Of a stretch of 64,000 nt of DNA, positions 49,145 through 63,345 are shown piece after piece. Position 1 is the stretch's first letter. Each line of letters begins with the position of its first letter. Below the pieces are notes generated by a model, which saw nothing but the letters and a program-made list of their open reading frames with translations, searched no databases and was not told where the DNA came from. This stretch comes from Hypanus sabinus (Eukaryota). The translations under genes were made by a program, and so were the position numbers. The stretch covers positions 48,360,001 through 48,424,000 of the forward strand of contig NC_082724.1 of NCBI RefSeq assembly GCF_030144855.1, given 5' to 3'.

Positions 49145-50040
49145 AGAATCATAGAACCATGCAGCATGGAAACAAGTCTGTCAGCCTAATGAGCCCATAC
49201 CAGACAAGATGGTAATCTACCTGAGAACCATTTGCCCATATCCATCAAAATTTTCCCAACCATGTACCTCTCGAAGTGCCTTTAAGCCTTATTAATGTAC
49301 ATGTCTCAAACTATTTTCTTCAGTAGCTCATTACATATACAGTCTACTCTCAGAGTGAAGACATTTTTTGTCTGGTTCATATTAAATCTCTCCTCTCTCA
49401 TCTTAGTCCTATGCCCTTTAGTTCTTGATTCCCCAACCCTATGAAAAAGTAATGTCTGCATTCAATCTATTCAAGTCCATCGTGATTTTCTGCACTTGCA
49501 TAGTATCACCCCTCATTCCCCTGTGCTCTGAAGGCTGAACTTGCAGCCTGCTTATTGTCTCTCTGCAACTCAACTCATTTCCTGCAATATCCTTGTAAAT
49601 CTTTTGTAAACTCTTTCCTATGGCAAGATGACCAAAATGCAGTATCCAAATGTGGCCTCATTGATATATTGTACAACTGCAGCAAAACATCCCAGTTCTC
49701 TACTCAATGCCCTGACTGATGAAAGCCAGCATGTCTAAAGCCTTCTTCACTACCCTGTCCATGTGATTTTGAAACGTTCATAACAGGTTTGTCAAAGATG
49801 ATTTCACTTTTTTTTTAAATCCATGATAATTATGTCCAATCTTATTACCATTTCCATGTATTATATTACCATTTTATTAATGGAAGAATCTAGCATTTTT
49901 CTGCTACTGATGTCAAACTAATTGGTCTGTCATTCCCTATTTTCTCTGCCATTCTTTCTTAAATAGTGGTATTTTGCTGCCTTTTTGACTGTGAGAAGCC
50001 TATGGAATTTTGGAGATGTCATGCATCCATTACCTTTATC
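49145..50040 (-). mobile_element. Old CR1 fragments
   Basis: atcatagaaccat tail; ctatgccctttagttcttgattccccaaccct; ctgatgtcaaactaattggtctgtcattccc. Confidence 0.65.
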
Positions 50041-50224
50041 AGGCCATCATTCACTATAAGGAGATGAGGGGAAAAAGTAGAGCAAGAGATGCCAGGCGAT
50101 AGGTGAATGCTGATAGACAGAGGAAGGAGGATTCTGGTTAAAGCCAGAAGATGCTTGAGAAAAGTAATATACAGACAAGCAAAGATGGAGCTCGTGGAGT
50201 AATGAGATTAGAGCCTAATTTACC

Positions 50225-50355
50225 AATGGAAGAGTCTCACCTTAAAATATCAACTGTTTATTTCCCTTCGTAGATGCTGTCTGACCTGTTGTGTTCTTCC
50301 AGCATTTTGTGCGTGTTCCACTGGATTTCCAGCATTTGTAGAATCTCTTGTTTTT
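50225..50355 (+). mobile_element. Penelope terminal-repeat fragment
   Basis: gaagagtctcacc...tagatgctgtctgacctgttgtgttcttccagcattttgtg. Confidence 0.7.
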
Positions 50356-52032
50356 AATTTACCAATGGTATTCTAGAAAGGAGTGTGGGTATAAATACTG
50401 CTCCGTTCGAGAGATGTGCACAACAACATCAATCACGTGGAGAAAACAGCAAGCAGAAAGGAAAAAAAAACCGCAATAACCTGGAGCTGCGGCCAAATAT
50501 TCCACTATCCTTTACTAACTGGCCATCATATGCACATGAAATTGTACAGAAGTTCATAACTCCAACCAAAGCCTGCCCACTCATTTCAAAGTATATCTAA
50601 GATATTCTGAGACTGATGCATTTCATGTAATTCATGTTATTTTTGTTCGAGGATTAAGGATTTGTAATGGTTTGAATTTTTTTTCTGAAATTTTAAGTAC
50701 ATTTTCAATGCTTCTTAAAACAGAACCATTCACACATGTCTAATCTGTTTGATGAAGGTGAGAGGCTGGAGCATGGTATAAGCAGCTCTCAAAGAATTTC
50801 TATGATAAATACGATTGAATGATCTTTGCATGAAGCATCACTGATCAGATCATTTCCATGATGATGACCTTATCAAAGTAAGAATATGTTCAGTGATTTG
50901 TTGTGAAACAAATGTAGTGGAAAACACATTGAGGAAATTTGAAGCCATTAAATTCAAATGAAGCAGAGGATGATAGGAAGCCAACATTCCAAATGAGATG
51001 TTGAACCCTGCCCAACCTCTTTCCTTTAAAGTGATTACCCTAATATCTACGTTTCAGAATTACAAGCTGAAAGAAAGGAAATGAAACACAAAATTCTTTA
51101 AGGATGTATTCAATGTTTCAGCGTATCAGAAAAGAAAATCAGTCACTTTTTGCGAGAGGAATTTATTTATTTATTATTTTGTATTTGCAAAATTTGTCTT
51201 TTTTCCACATTGGTTGGTTGTCAGTCTTTGTGTGCATCTTTCCAATGGTTATATTGTATTTCTAAGTTCTACTGTGCATGTCTACAAATATGTATCTCAA
51301 GGTTGTATATGATAATATATACTGTACATGTTTTTAACTTAGAGGAAGCATGCAACGATATCAAAAGGACATTCATTCTTAAGTAGTACAATATTTTGTG
51401 TCAATGGCCACATCTATTTTGATAAATCCAGATATAAAGTTCTTGTTTATGTGTAGGATTACTGGTGAGGCTTTGTATAATAGATCTAGTGCAATATTTT
51501 GAGAGCACTATTATTACAAATCAAATCAGTAATTTCACATAATCTTTTGCAAAAAGGAGCTGATTGATTAACAGCATTGTTTGGTGTCAGAAAACCAAAT
51601 GCTACATTAACAAAGCTATTTGAGCACGGTTTATTCTGATTTACAATAAATCTTGCCATTTTGCAATTTGTCAAAGACATTTTGTTATTTGTATTATTTT
51701 GAGGAGGGAGCAGAATTGAATGCATCCAAGTTTGCTGATGGCACAGAATTAAGTGGGAGAGCTATCTGATTAGGATATCTGGACTCTGCTCTGGCATTTA
51801 GATAGTGGGCAAATGCTTGCAAATGGAGTTTAATCTGGGTAGATATGAGGTCATGAGCTTTGGTAAGAGAAATCAAAGGCAGACTGTTTTTGAAATGGAG
51901 AGATACTGCAAGTGAGTTGGCTAGGGTCCCCTCTGTGAAGGTGTTAGCAGCAAATCAGTAAGAAAGTTATTGGCCTTGATCGTTTAGAGTTTTGAATTGA
52001 AGTTAAAACTGTAGTATTACAATTGTAGGACT

Positions 52033-53052
52033 GTGCAAGAAGGGAACTAGTGAGGGAGGTCACCAAGAGACTTATGACAATTCTGGAAGAGTTACAGGCT
52101 TCAGTAGCTGAGATGGCAGAGACTGCACATACAACAACTGTTGCCCGGGTGCTTCACCAGTCACAGCTTTATGGGAGAGTGGCAAAGAGAAAACCACTGT
52201 TGAAAAAATCTCACATGAAATCTCAGCTAGGGTTTGCCAGAAGGCATGTGGGTGGTTTTTAAGTCAGCTGGAGGAAGGTTCTGTGGACTGATGAAACCAA
52301 AATTGAGCATTTTGTCCATCAAACTAAACACTATATTTGGCAAATACAGCACATCATCAAGAGCACGCCAACCCTACTGTGAAGCATGGTAGTGGCTGCG
52401 TCATACTGTGGGGATGTTTCACTGCCGCAGGCCCTAGAAGGCTTCTGAAGGTAGAGGGTAAAATGAATGCAACCAAATACAGAGAAATCCTAGAGGAAAA
52501 CCTGATTCAGTCTGCAAGAGAACTATGACTTGGGAGAAGAATTGTTTTCCAACAAGACAATGCTCTCAAGCATAAAGCCAAAACTATACATGACTGGCTT
52601 AAAAACAACAAAATTAATGTCCTGGAGTGGCCAAATCGGAGTCAGACCTCAATTCAATTGAGAATTTGTGGCTGGACTTCCCTTATGATCCCCATGCAAC
52701 CTGACAGAGCTTGAGCAGTTTTGTAAAGAAGAATGGGGAAGAAAACTGCAGAGTCCTATATAGCTGATAGAGACCTATCCATACAGACTCAAGGCTGTAA
52801 TTGCTGCCAAAGGTGCATCTACTAAATACTGACTTGAAGGGGGTGAATACCTATGCAATCAATTATTCTATATTTTATGTTTGAAATTAATTTAGATCAT
52901 TTTGTAGAGATCTGTTTACATTTTGACATGAAAGAACATTTTTCTGTTGAGCATGTCAAAAGAGTCCAAATTAAATCCAGTGTAATTCAATGTTGTAAAA
53001 CAATAAAACATGAAAAGTTTCCAAGCAGGTTGAATGCGTTTTATAGGTGCTA
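52033..53052 (+). mobile_element. 5'-truncated Tc1 (DD34E, IR/DR type) transposon, pseudogenised
   Basis: GRVAKRKPLL, VLWTDETKIE, KHGSGCVILWGCF, FQQDNA, VLEWP..S.DLNSIENLW; long right IR with repeats (g)ggtgaatac (~52840) and gttgaatgcg (~53030). Confidence 0.9.
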
Positions 53053-53786
53053 TAAAATGCCAGGTCTTATACAATGAGAGAATGAGTGGACAAAATCTAT
53101 AAAATGAATGTACCCCTGCTCCTCCTAGAAGAGAGTTTAAAGTTTAAAGTTCAAAATAAATTTCCCATCAAAGTATGGATATGTTACCAATAGTATTGTG
53201 CAAATGAATAAATACACTTCTTGTTGACCCAAGAATGGTATAACACGTGTAACACTGGTCTTCTCATGTGTGACTAATCACCACACACTTGAGAAAATCG
53301 AATTACATAGCACTATACTAGGTGCTGGTAGGCCATCAGAAGATTCTAGGTACTGGAAGGAGGCAGTGAATAAAAACTATGCACTTCTGGAAATAAGGTT
53401 TTGTTAATAAGAAAACTAACAATTTGTACAAAATATTTACATGAGCAAGAACAATTTAAAATTCCAACATTCTGCTTAAGTTCCAAATCTTAGATATGAA
53501 ACCAAACCAAATTCCTTTTTAATTAGAATGAGTGAGATTCCTTTATTACTCTAATCTCTTTAATTAGATCTCATGTTATTCCCTATTTAAAAGTTTATGG
53601 ACTAAACTTTCTTTTTTACTTATCCCCAGTTAGTTGGAAAACTAAATATGATTCCTGTTCGTAAGTGTTAAAGTTTACTTCACTTTCAGTTCCAGCCAAT
53701 ATATCTACATGTTTAAATTCAAATTCAAAAATTATATATGCATTATTTAACACCATTCACAATAATTCTTCAACATCACAACTTTT

Positions 53787-56351
53787 CTTTTTCTTTTTAT
53801 ATCTTTTTATTAATTTTAAGAAAAACATAGATGAAATATGAATACAAAGCGTTTGAGAATACATAATTAATAGTTTAAATAAACAATCAGATATATAATA
53901 ATCAATATATAAGGCCTCCCAAACTCACAGTATTTATGCAAAGGAGACAAAAAAAAGAAAAAAAAACAAAAAAAAAGAGAAAAAAAAACTAACCAACATG
54001 GGCCAATATATAAAGTTAAATACATACAGTAGTGCCAATAACTCCGAACCTCCATCCAAATAATTAAGGATAATAGAAGTAAGGTTTAGGAAAAGACAAT
54101 TTAACTCATATGAAAATGTTGAATAAATGGTCTCCAAGTTTCTTCAAATTTAACTGAAGAATCAAAAACCACGCTTCTAATTTTTTTCTAAACTCAAACA
54201 AGAGATAGTTTGAGAAAACCACTGAAATACAGTTGGAGGATTAATTTCTTTCCAATTCAATAAAATAGATCTTCTAGCCATTAATGTAACAAATGCAATC
54301 ATTCGTTGAGATGAAGCGGATAAACGGTTATTATCCATCATTGGTAAACCGAAAATTGCAGTAAAAGGATGAAAAGGATGAAAATTGATATTTAAAACTC
54401 TTGAAATAATACTGAAAATATCTTTCCAATAATTTTGTAAACAAGGACAAGACCAGAACATATGCGTCAATGAAGCAACATCAGAATGAGATCTGTCTCA
54501 GGTTGAATTAACATGAGAATAAAATCGAGCCAGTTTATCCTTAGACATATGAGCTCTATGTACAACCTTAAATTGTATTAGGACACGTTTAGCACAAATA
54601 GAGGACGAATTTACCAATAATATAATTTTTTCCCATTGCTCAGTGGATATAGAACAATGCAACTTTTCTTGCTATTCCTTCTTAATTTTTTCTGATACAT
54701 CTGGCTGTAAATTCATGATCATCTTATAAATGATGGCTACTAAACCCTTTTGATAAGGATTAAGGGCTAAAATTCTTTCTGTAATGTCCAATGGACATTC
54801 TTTTGAAAAAGACTAACTGATTATACAAAAAATTTCTAACTTGTAAATATCTAAAAAAAATGGGTTTTAGGTAAGTTATATTTATTAGATAGCTGTTCAA
54901 AGGACATAATGTTATCATCCAGAAACAGATCACGAAAACATGTTATACCTTTTGTTTTCCATAAAAGAAAAGCTTGATCCATAGATGAAGGCCGAAAAAA
55001 AATAGCTAGATATTATAGAACATGATAAAATAAATTTATTCAAACCAAAAAATTTACGAAATTGAAACCAAATTCGTAATGTATATCTGACTATGGGATT
55101 AATTATCTGTTTATTCAATTTGAATAAAGAAAAAGGAAGTGAAGATCCTAAGATTGAAATTAGTGAAAAATCTTGCACAGATTTAAATTCCAAATTTACC
55201 CATTGTGGGCAAGCAGCTATAGTCAATTCTTGTGTCCAGAATATTAAATACCGTATATTAACTGCCCAATAGTAAAATCTTAGGTTTGGTAGAGCCAAGC
55301 CGCCCTCCTTCTTAGGCTTCGGTAAGTATTTTTTACCCAATCTAGGATTTTTGTTCTGCCACATGTAAGAAGATATTTTAGAGTCAATAGTATCAAAGAA
55401 AGATTTAGGAATAAAAATTGGTAATGCTTGAAATAAATATAAAAATTTAGGTAGTATCATCATCTTAATAGCATTAACTCTGCCAACCAATGACAAAGAT
55501 AGTGGAGACCACCAAAGAGCAAGTTGCTTAATTTGATCAATTAAAGGTAAAAAATTAACCTTAAATAAATCTTTGTTTTTTAGTAATTTTAATACCCAAG
55601 TAAATAAAATAATCTGTAACAATTTTATATGGTAAATGTTTATAAATTGGAACTTGCATATTTAATGGAAATAGTTCACTCTTGTTAAAATTCAATTTAT
55701 AATCAGAAAAGTTACTAAATTGAGCAAGCAAAGACGAAATAGCAGGAATAGATCTTTCAGGGTCAGAAATGTATAATAACAAATCATCAGCATATAATGA
55801 TACTTTATACGTCCTCTCCCCACGGGTAATACCCAGAATATTGGGTGATTCACAAATAGCTACAGCCAAAGGTTCTAAAGTGATGTCAAATAGTAAAGGA
55901 CTTAAAGGGCAACCTTGCCTTGTACCACGAAATAACTGAAAAAAAGGGGATCTTTGATTATTGATAAAAACTGAAGCTAAGGGTTTATGGTATATTAATT
56001 TAATCCATGATATAAATTTTGAACTAAAATTAAATTGTTGCATTGTATTAAATAAATATGGCCATTCAATTCTATCAAATGCTTTTTTAGCATCTAAAGA
56101 AATGACACATTCTGGTATTTTAGATGAAGAAGTATAAATAATATTAATTAATTTTCTAATGTTAAAAGATGAATAGCGATTTTTAATAAATCCAGTCTGA
56201 TCTTCAGAAATAATTCAAGGTAATATATTTTCTAATCTAATAGCCAAAATTTTACTAAAAATCTTAAAATCCGTATTCAACAAGGATATAGGCCGATAGG
56301 ATGCGCATTCAGTAGGGTCTTTATCTTTTTTAAGAATTAAAGATAGAGAAG
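53787..56351 (-). mobile_element. 5'-truncated L1 LINE (ORF2 RT to 3' end)
   Basis: YRPISLLN, SLDAKKAFDR, RGTRQGCPLSPLLF, LYADD, YLGI, GGLALPN, HMFWSC; A-rich tail; 19-bp TSD CTTCAACATCACAACTTTT (53768-86, 56352-70). Confidence 0.95.
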
Positions 56352-57219
56352 CTTCAACATCACAACTTTTGAACAATTCAGTAACTTATGAAAGTCTTTG
56401 CAAAAATAATTAGTTCTTGCAGAAAATCAAATTCAGATTCTTCTAATGAAAACAAACTTATACATCCAATGGTATTAAATCCTCTGTGTCATTTACACAT
56501 TTCATTCCTGCGCTGGTTTGTCAACTCCTGGGTGGCTCGTAGTCTTGATTCTTGGTTCGTTGCATGAAACAATTGATCATCCTTGGAAAGTCAGTTCACA
56601 AACTCATACCAATACTTGACCAAATCCCTTGGTGTGATTTTACAGAACTAATTCCCGACTACACAGTAGGGATTTTGGACCCTCGTCTTTGCCGATATTG
56701 TCTTGTTATAGCTGCTGCGTGTTATAGCCGTAACTTCAGTAAATCTCTTAATGCCATTGTCTCTCCTCCAGGGGTTTCACCCTGCGGTTTTATAGTTAGT
56801 AGGGTAAAGATACTCCCTACTAATTCCGCTCTTACAGTTCATGACTTCAGCTTCTAATTGTTGCTGTGTTCCTCTCCTTGTCCATCCTGCATCAGCTATG
56901 CCCTGCCCTCGCGTACCATTTTTTTCAAATGATCATTTTTTTTTAAATCAGTAAACTTCGTTTTCATCCCCCCTCCCCTGCAGGTAGAACTTTCTAACAT
57001 TACATCTATGGGTTTAATTAACCTGGGTTAAAATGTGTTGGTGTGTTTCTTTTGTTCCTTAAGTCCAAACCTGGAATCTACCATCCGCACATGGGCATTT
57101 CACTTACGCACCATCCTGAACCTGAATCAATCCCCTCCTCCCAACTGAGTAATCCATGATTTCCCTTCAAAGATTTAAGAAATGGTGCTATAGACTATCA
57201 CAATTGGTTGAAATGTACA

Positions 57220-57814
57220 TGTAACCCCCTGGGTCACCTCAGGCTTGCTCAGCTCGTTCTCGTCTAGGGGGAGCAGCCTTCAGCCCCGCCAAACTGGGTA
57301 ATCAGCTTGTGTGGATGCTGTGTGATGTCCCCGCCTCGCCAAAGAACAAACAGGACATCATATGCAATTAAATGATTACAATTTATAAAGATTTCTATAA
57401 CCAAGTGATTAATAATGATACAGTATATATGAAGGAAAAGGAAATAAAGAAAAGGCGCCAAACTTATCAAAGTCCATACCACTTTTTGCACAACCGTTGG
57501 AGCTCAATTACTGAAGTCTTCTGGCCACCATTCGATCCCCTTCAAACTCCCCGACTAGCAGCTCAGGACCACCCAAAGTGGTCAACCAAGCACATCTATC
57601 TTCGTCTCCTCTCCTCGGGGTTCCCCTGGAACCCCGCTTGGGGTCCGTTCCTCACTCAGTTTACAGCATCGTGTCCTCTCTCTCTTAACCCCTCGCACCA
57701 ATCTTCCCAAAAGCCTGCCAACAATAGTTTACGGACTCAGAAGAAAGAACAACATTAATCCCAATTGGTTTACAAATGAATACAATTCTCCTTATCAGTA
57801 AATTTTAACCCAAA
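57220..57814 (-). mobile_element. Truncated LTR (related to 47058)
   Basis: Starts TGTAACCCC; shares cagccttcagccc...tgtgtggatgctgtgtgatgt, gttggagctc and taacccaaaca with 47058-47647. Confidence 0.72.
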
Positions 57815-60800
57815 CAACCACCAATGTTGAATTGGGGGTTCATTTTAAGAGGCTGGTCTAATGTGATGACATAATTACATAAAGGATTTTACCGTGCTTG
57901 GTGTTGACTTTTTGGTGTTCAATAAAAGAACAGCTATGGTTTTTCTTAAACATAAAATGCCTCACTTTACCTTATTTCCATAAAACTACATTGCTGACCC
58001 CGATGCTCTTGGATGATTCCAGCATTGTTGAACATGTTGGCCAGTGCAGTCCCTTTCAGACTGCTGGAGTTTGGGAGCAAAATGCCTTTGCCTGGCTCGT
58101 ACAGGTCAAGGCCCAATTTGTGCTACAAGAAATCTCCTCCAGCAACACCAAATATTTCTATGTAGTAGCATTGCTCAGTAAATGCACAGCTATGACAGTA
58201 ATGAGTTTACCATAATACCCACCAGAACATGATAAACGCCAATCACTGATAACTCACGTATTACAGATTTTTGGACTATTGGAGTCTGACTGCGCCAAAC
58301 AGTAGCTGTCCTTACTCAGTCTGGGGAACTCTAGGCCTTCGGAGCTAATGGACCACATGCAGTCTCTCCTGGGAAATCATCATCCTTGTTTATTTTTAAA
58401 GAACTCTTCATGCAGCAAGTGAATGATTAAGTATGCCTGGCCCTTGCTAATGCACCCTTGACGGACTATAGGGAGCTTGCTAAATTAGCTGCTAATCTAC
58501 ACTCAGCCTGGCACCGGTGCACCCATCCTCCTCCTTTCTCTACCTGAATAAGCCCAGTCAGCAACACTCCTAACATAAGGACGCTCGCAGCTGTGAACCA
58601 GATGACACCGGACCTGTGTTTTTACCACGTTTGCTTTGATACCAATGCTAAGAAGTGCTGACAACCTTACAGCGTAGACAGTGCCAGTGGATCAGAAAAT
58701 CTGAGGTCTATGAACACGATGGGTTCCAGCTGCCAGGGTTGTCCACTGTCTGTCACGAACACCGTTTCAAGGCCTCAATTCCTGTGTGACGCGGGTGCTC
58801 AGGTGAGTGTGTAAGCAGCATCGCCTATTGATGAGAAGACAAAGAATGATGAAATCTCGATGCGGGGCCCTGACAGCAGCAGGATCCAGACCTACAGGAC
58901 ACAATGGGTGACACTCTGCTTTAGTGGACAACATTGCACAAGGGATTTCATTCTGTCTGAAGTGGCCAGATCTCTGCTCGGTGCAGATTTCCTGTGCATG
59001 TGGACTTCAGGGATTTCAAGCACTTGCACCACCACATGTATGATTACTTGACTGCTGGGCAAATTCCCAAAACTCACTAAGCTCACATTCTCCACTACAG
59101 TCACAGAACATGGGGTCGAGTACCACATTCCCACAACTGGCTCACCAGTCCAGGCCTGAGCACATGGACTGGACCCTGAAAAACTGGCAACAGTGAAAGC
59201 TGAGTTTCCTAACGTAGAAAGACTTGGCATTGTACACTAGCTGAACAGCCCTGGAATTTGCCCCTCTAGATGGTCCTTAAGTCCAATGGTGGTTGTCACC
59301 CACAAGGCAATTACCAACACCTTAATGAGGCCATCAGCACTGATCATTGCCCAGTCTCATGCATCCAGGACTTTTCAGCCCAATTAGCCAGAAAGTTAAT
59401 TGTTTCCAAAGTTGATCTAATTAGTGGCTACTATTAGGTGCTTGTGTGCTTGAAGGATATTCCCAAATCAGCTGTGATAACCCTGTTTCACCTCTTTGAG
59501 ATTGTGCACATGCCATTTAGGCTGAAAAAAGCAGCACAGACTTTCCAACGGCTGATGGACTGTGTATTAAAAGACTTAGATTTTCTTTGATTATCTGAGT
59601 GGCATATTTGTCACCAGTGCATCAGAATCTGACCATATTGCTCATCTCCACACACTTCGAGTGCTTACGCCAACATGGGCTGATTATTAACTCTGCTTAA
59701 TGCCAGTTTGGGTTGTCAGCCATTGACTTTCTTGGCCATTGTATCTCTGCAGAAAGTGTGAAAGTCCTCCCAACAAAAGTATGGATTTCCCACTACCCCA
59801 CATTACTAAATAACTGCAGAAGTTTTTAGGCTTCATTTCCTGAACTGCTGGGATTATACTTCCCTTGTACAGTTCTCTTAAAGGCAATACCCCTAATCAC
59901 ATGCTGGACATTATCAGGGCATTTGATGATACCAGATGAGTTCTTTCCAACACAACCCTACTGGCACACCTGCTCCTCAACACACCCATAACCATTACTA
60001 CTGACACTACAGACTATGCTGTGGGTGCTGTGGTTGGAGACGTGCATCAGCCACCTGCTTTCTTCAGCCGGCAGCTCCATCCCCCTGAACAGAAGCAAAG
60101 CACGTTTGACTGTGAGCTTCTCAGTCTCTATCTGGTTGTCCAGCATTTTTGTTTCCTTCCAGAGGACGTTCGTTGACCCCAAGCCTCTTGTGCACATGTT
60201 GGCCAAAACATCAGATCTTTGGTCAGTAAAACAAGCACTCTGAATGTCAAAAGGCCTGAACAGATTAAACATGGCAAAGTTATTTCCCATGGTAGGGAGT
60301 CTAGGACAAGAGGGCACAACTTAAGGATTGGAGGACGTCCATTTAGAACAGAGATGCGGAGAAATTACTTTAATCAGAGGGTGGTAAATCTGTGGAATTT
60401 GTAGCAACAAGAGAAAGATAGGATCAGACTTGATGGGCCAAATTCCTACTTCTGCTCCTATATTTTATGGACTTATATTATGGCAGCAACACTAAAAGGC
60501 CTACATATCAGAGTTCACAGCTGATAGAAAACAAGTCAAGGGGAAAAATAATGCCGTAGCTGATTGCCTCTCACAGCCAGCCATTGAGGCCAAATGCATA
60601 GGGCTTGACTATGCAGGCATGGCAGCCAACCAAGCTGCTGACCCAGAGGTCCAACTTACTGAATAACAGTCATGGGCCTGCGGTAAGCTAAGGTTTCTCT
60701 CCTTTGTGATGTCTCATTTGGTAGCCTTTGCCCTCGTAAACTGGATGTGGACCATTTTTAACTTCATACACGGTCTATAGCATCTGGGCCAGAAAGCTTC

Positions 60801-61688
60801 CTGGAGACTGGTTGCACCAAAGTTTGTGTGGCAAGGCCTTAGGAAGGATATGCATGACTGGAGTGCAGCCTGTGTGGTGTGCCAGCCGGCAAAATTTAAA
60901 TGTCAAGTCCAGATGCCATTGGCACTTTTTGAGGTGCCTGAGCGAAGGTCTAACCATGTCAATGTGGACCTTGTTGGCCCTCTTCTCCCTTCCTGTGATT
61001 TCATGCAGCTCCTTACCATGGTGGATAGTATCACCAGGTGTCCAGAGTTCATACCTCTAGCATCGACAATGCCACAGAGGTGGCTCAGGTGTTCCTTAAC
61101 AGCTGGATTGCCTGGTTTGGCACCCCATCTGATGCTTCTTCTGATTGTGATCTCCAAATTATATCAGACCTCTGGGCTGTAATGGCCCAGAACATAGGAA
61201 TCAGGCTATATCACACCACGGTGTGTCACCCGCAGTCCAATGGCCTATGCGAGCTGTTTCACCGCTCCTTAAAGGCTGCCCCAAAGGCCTATTGAGTGCT
61301 GGCATGATGGTCCCCCATGGGTCCTGCTGGGGCTGAGAGAGCTCCAAAAGAGGACCTGTAGTCACCCATGGCTGGATTGGTATAGGGCCAGCCATTACAA
61401 GTGCCAGGTGACTCAATTCTTGCTGCACGAGTGAGCTCTGGACATGCTTATAATGCCCATTTTAGTGAATTCTGGTGAGGCCTGTATTGGGTAATGCAAT
61501 TGGTGGGATTGTCCAACCACCAACATTGATTTGGGGTTTCACTTTAAGAGGCTAGTCTGACGTGATGATGTAATCGCATAAAGAATTTTTACTGCTTTTA
61601 GTGTTGAGTATTTGTTGTTGAATAAATGAGCTACTATGGATTTTCTTAAACAAAAAAACCTCAACTGTTTTATTTGTGAAAACCTACA
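57815..61688 (+). mobile_element. Decayed Ty3/Gypsy LTR retrotransposon (gag-PR-RT-RH-IN)
   Basis: Partial 5' LTR 57815-57990; PBS ttgctgaccccga (tRNA-Trp-like); gag AWLVQVKAQF..TKYFYVV; PR FLCDAGAQVSV; RT SKVDLISGY and MPFRLKKAAQTFQR; IN HVNVDLVGPL and HPQSNGLCELFHRSLK; 3' LTR 61483-61688. Confidence 0.92.
60240..60481 (+). mobile_element. CR1 3' fragment inserted in the Gypsy element
   Basis: ESRTRGHNLRIGGRPFRTEMRRNYFNQRVVNLWNL plus CR1 tail. Confidence 0.85.
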
Positions 61689-62909
61689 ATGCACCATACA
61701 GACTGCTATACAAAGCCAAATTTCTGGGATTACAGTTCATGATTTTTTAAAATGGCAGTTCCAGGGCCATAATGGTCATTGGCATATCATGGAAGATTCC
61801 CTGTAGGCCTTAGAGAATTTCTAAACTCTTGTTGTTATTGACTGTCTTTTTCACAGAATTATTAATCATCCAAAATATTTTCTAACCAACAAAACACTTC
61901 TGAATTTATGTTGTTTATTAAGAGTAGTTATTATTACCAGTAGATTCTCATGGAGCAAATGTAACTCTAAAATGAAATACATACTTGCTGACTTAAAACA
62001 ACATTATGATATGGTTTTTGTGTGATAGTATTACAAATACCACTTCTATTAGAAATGGAGGAAAATAGAAATTTCAAATGAAGATAAAAAAATGAGAAGA
62101 CAAAATTGCTTTATTCAAACTGATTTATGCTTTAAATCCCCAATGAAATTATTCCATAAATTCAAACCGCACTTCATCTGAAAATTATTTATGATCATGA
62201 CTTGCTGATGATAACTTCAACCCTAGACAATGCATAAATTGTTTGGTATCAGATAGACAGCTTATTGTAATGTGTGCCTGGATTTTCATTTCATTAACAT
62301 AATTATAACAGACAATGTGGGTAATTAAATACTACATATTTTACACCATAGCTCAAATTTAAAATTAACCCTCTTTTGGAATAATATATTCAAAAGTGAA
62401 AAATTGTATTTAAAAGGCACTTCAAACTTTTATCCTGTAATGCTATGTTTGTCACATAAACCCATCAGGTTTTTCTGATAGCATGCATTATGATACACCA
62501 GTGTCCTTAACTAACCATGGCACAGTATATTGAAAGTGACAACTCAAGCTAGATGGATCATATTCTTTCATTTAAATTATGGACGTGAGCATCACATGCA
62601 AATATTTTCACCTGATTGTCAGTAATAGAAGTGGAAGACTGTTCCAGTGCAATAGTCTAAAAGAGCTGAAAATTCTACACAGTATCAGTTCATAAGTTGC
62701 ATGAGAATGCATCTGGAATGATCAAACCCACTATGTAACTATCAAGGAAAGATTTGAGATATATGCTGGTAACTTTCTAAATAATTATTTCACACCAGTC
62801 AATACTATATTCAGAAAGTTCCCAGTGTATTACAGGAAAGATAATAGAAAAGATAGTAGTTTGGTTAACTGCCAGTAACTAGCACGCTTCCACAGAGGTA
62901 TGTGTTAGG

Positions 62910-63345
62910 ATCATCTTATCATAGTAAATGTCAATGATTTCGATGACGGAATTGATGGTTTTGTGGCCAATTGTGTAGATGATACAAAGATAGGTGGAGG
63001 GGCAGGTAGTGTTGAGGAAGCAGAGAGTTTGCAAAAGGACTTACATATTAAGGAAATGGGCAAACAAATAGCAGGTGAAATACAATGTAGGAACATTTAT
63101 GGCCATGCACTTTGTGGAAGGAATAAAGACAGAATATTTTCTATACAGGAAGCACATTGAGAAATCAGACATGCAAAGGGACTTGGGATCCTCATGCAGG
63201 ATTCTCCAAAGGTTGACTTCTAGGTTAAGTCAGTGGTAAGGAAGGCAAATGCAATGTTAACATTCATTTTAAGAGGACTAGGATATAAAAACAACTGTGT
63301 ATTATAGGGTGGCTTTATAAGACATCAGTTAAACCACATTAGGAG
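62910..63345 (+). mobile_element. CR1 RT fragment
   Basis: VNDFDDGIDGFVANCVDDTKIGG...LQKD. Confidence 0.8.

Noticed and set aside
50385-50500. TATAAATA box with downstream CACGTG as a promoter
   Set aside because: No downstream exon or CpG island; such motifs are expected by chance in AT-rich DNA.
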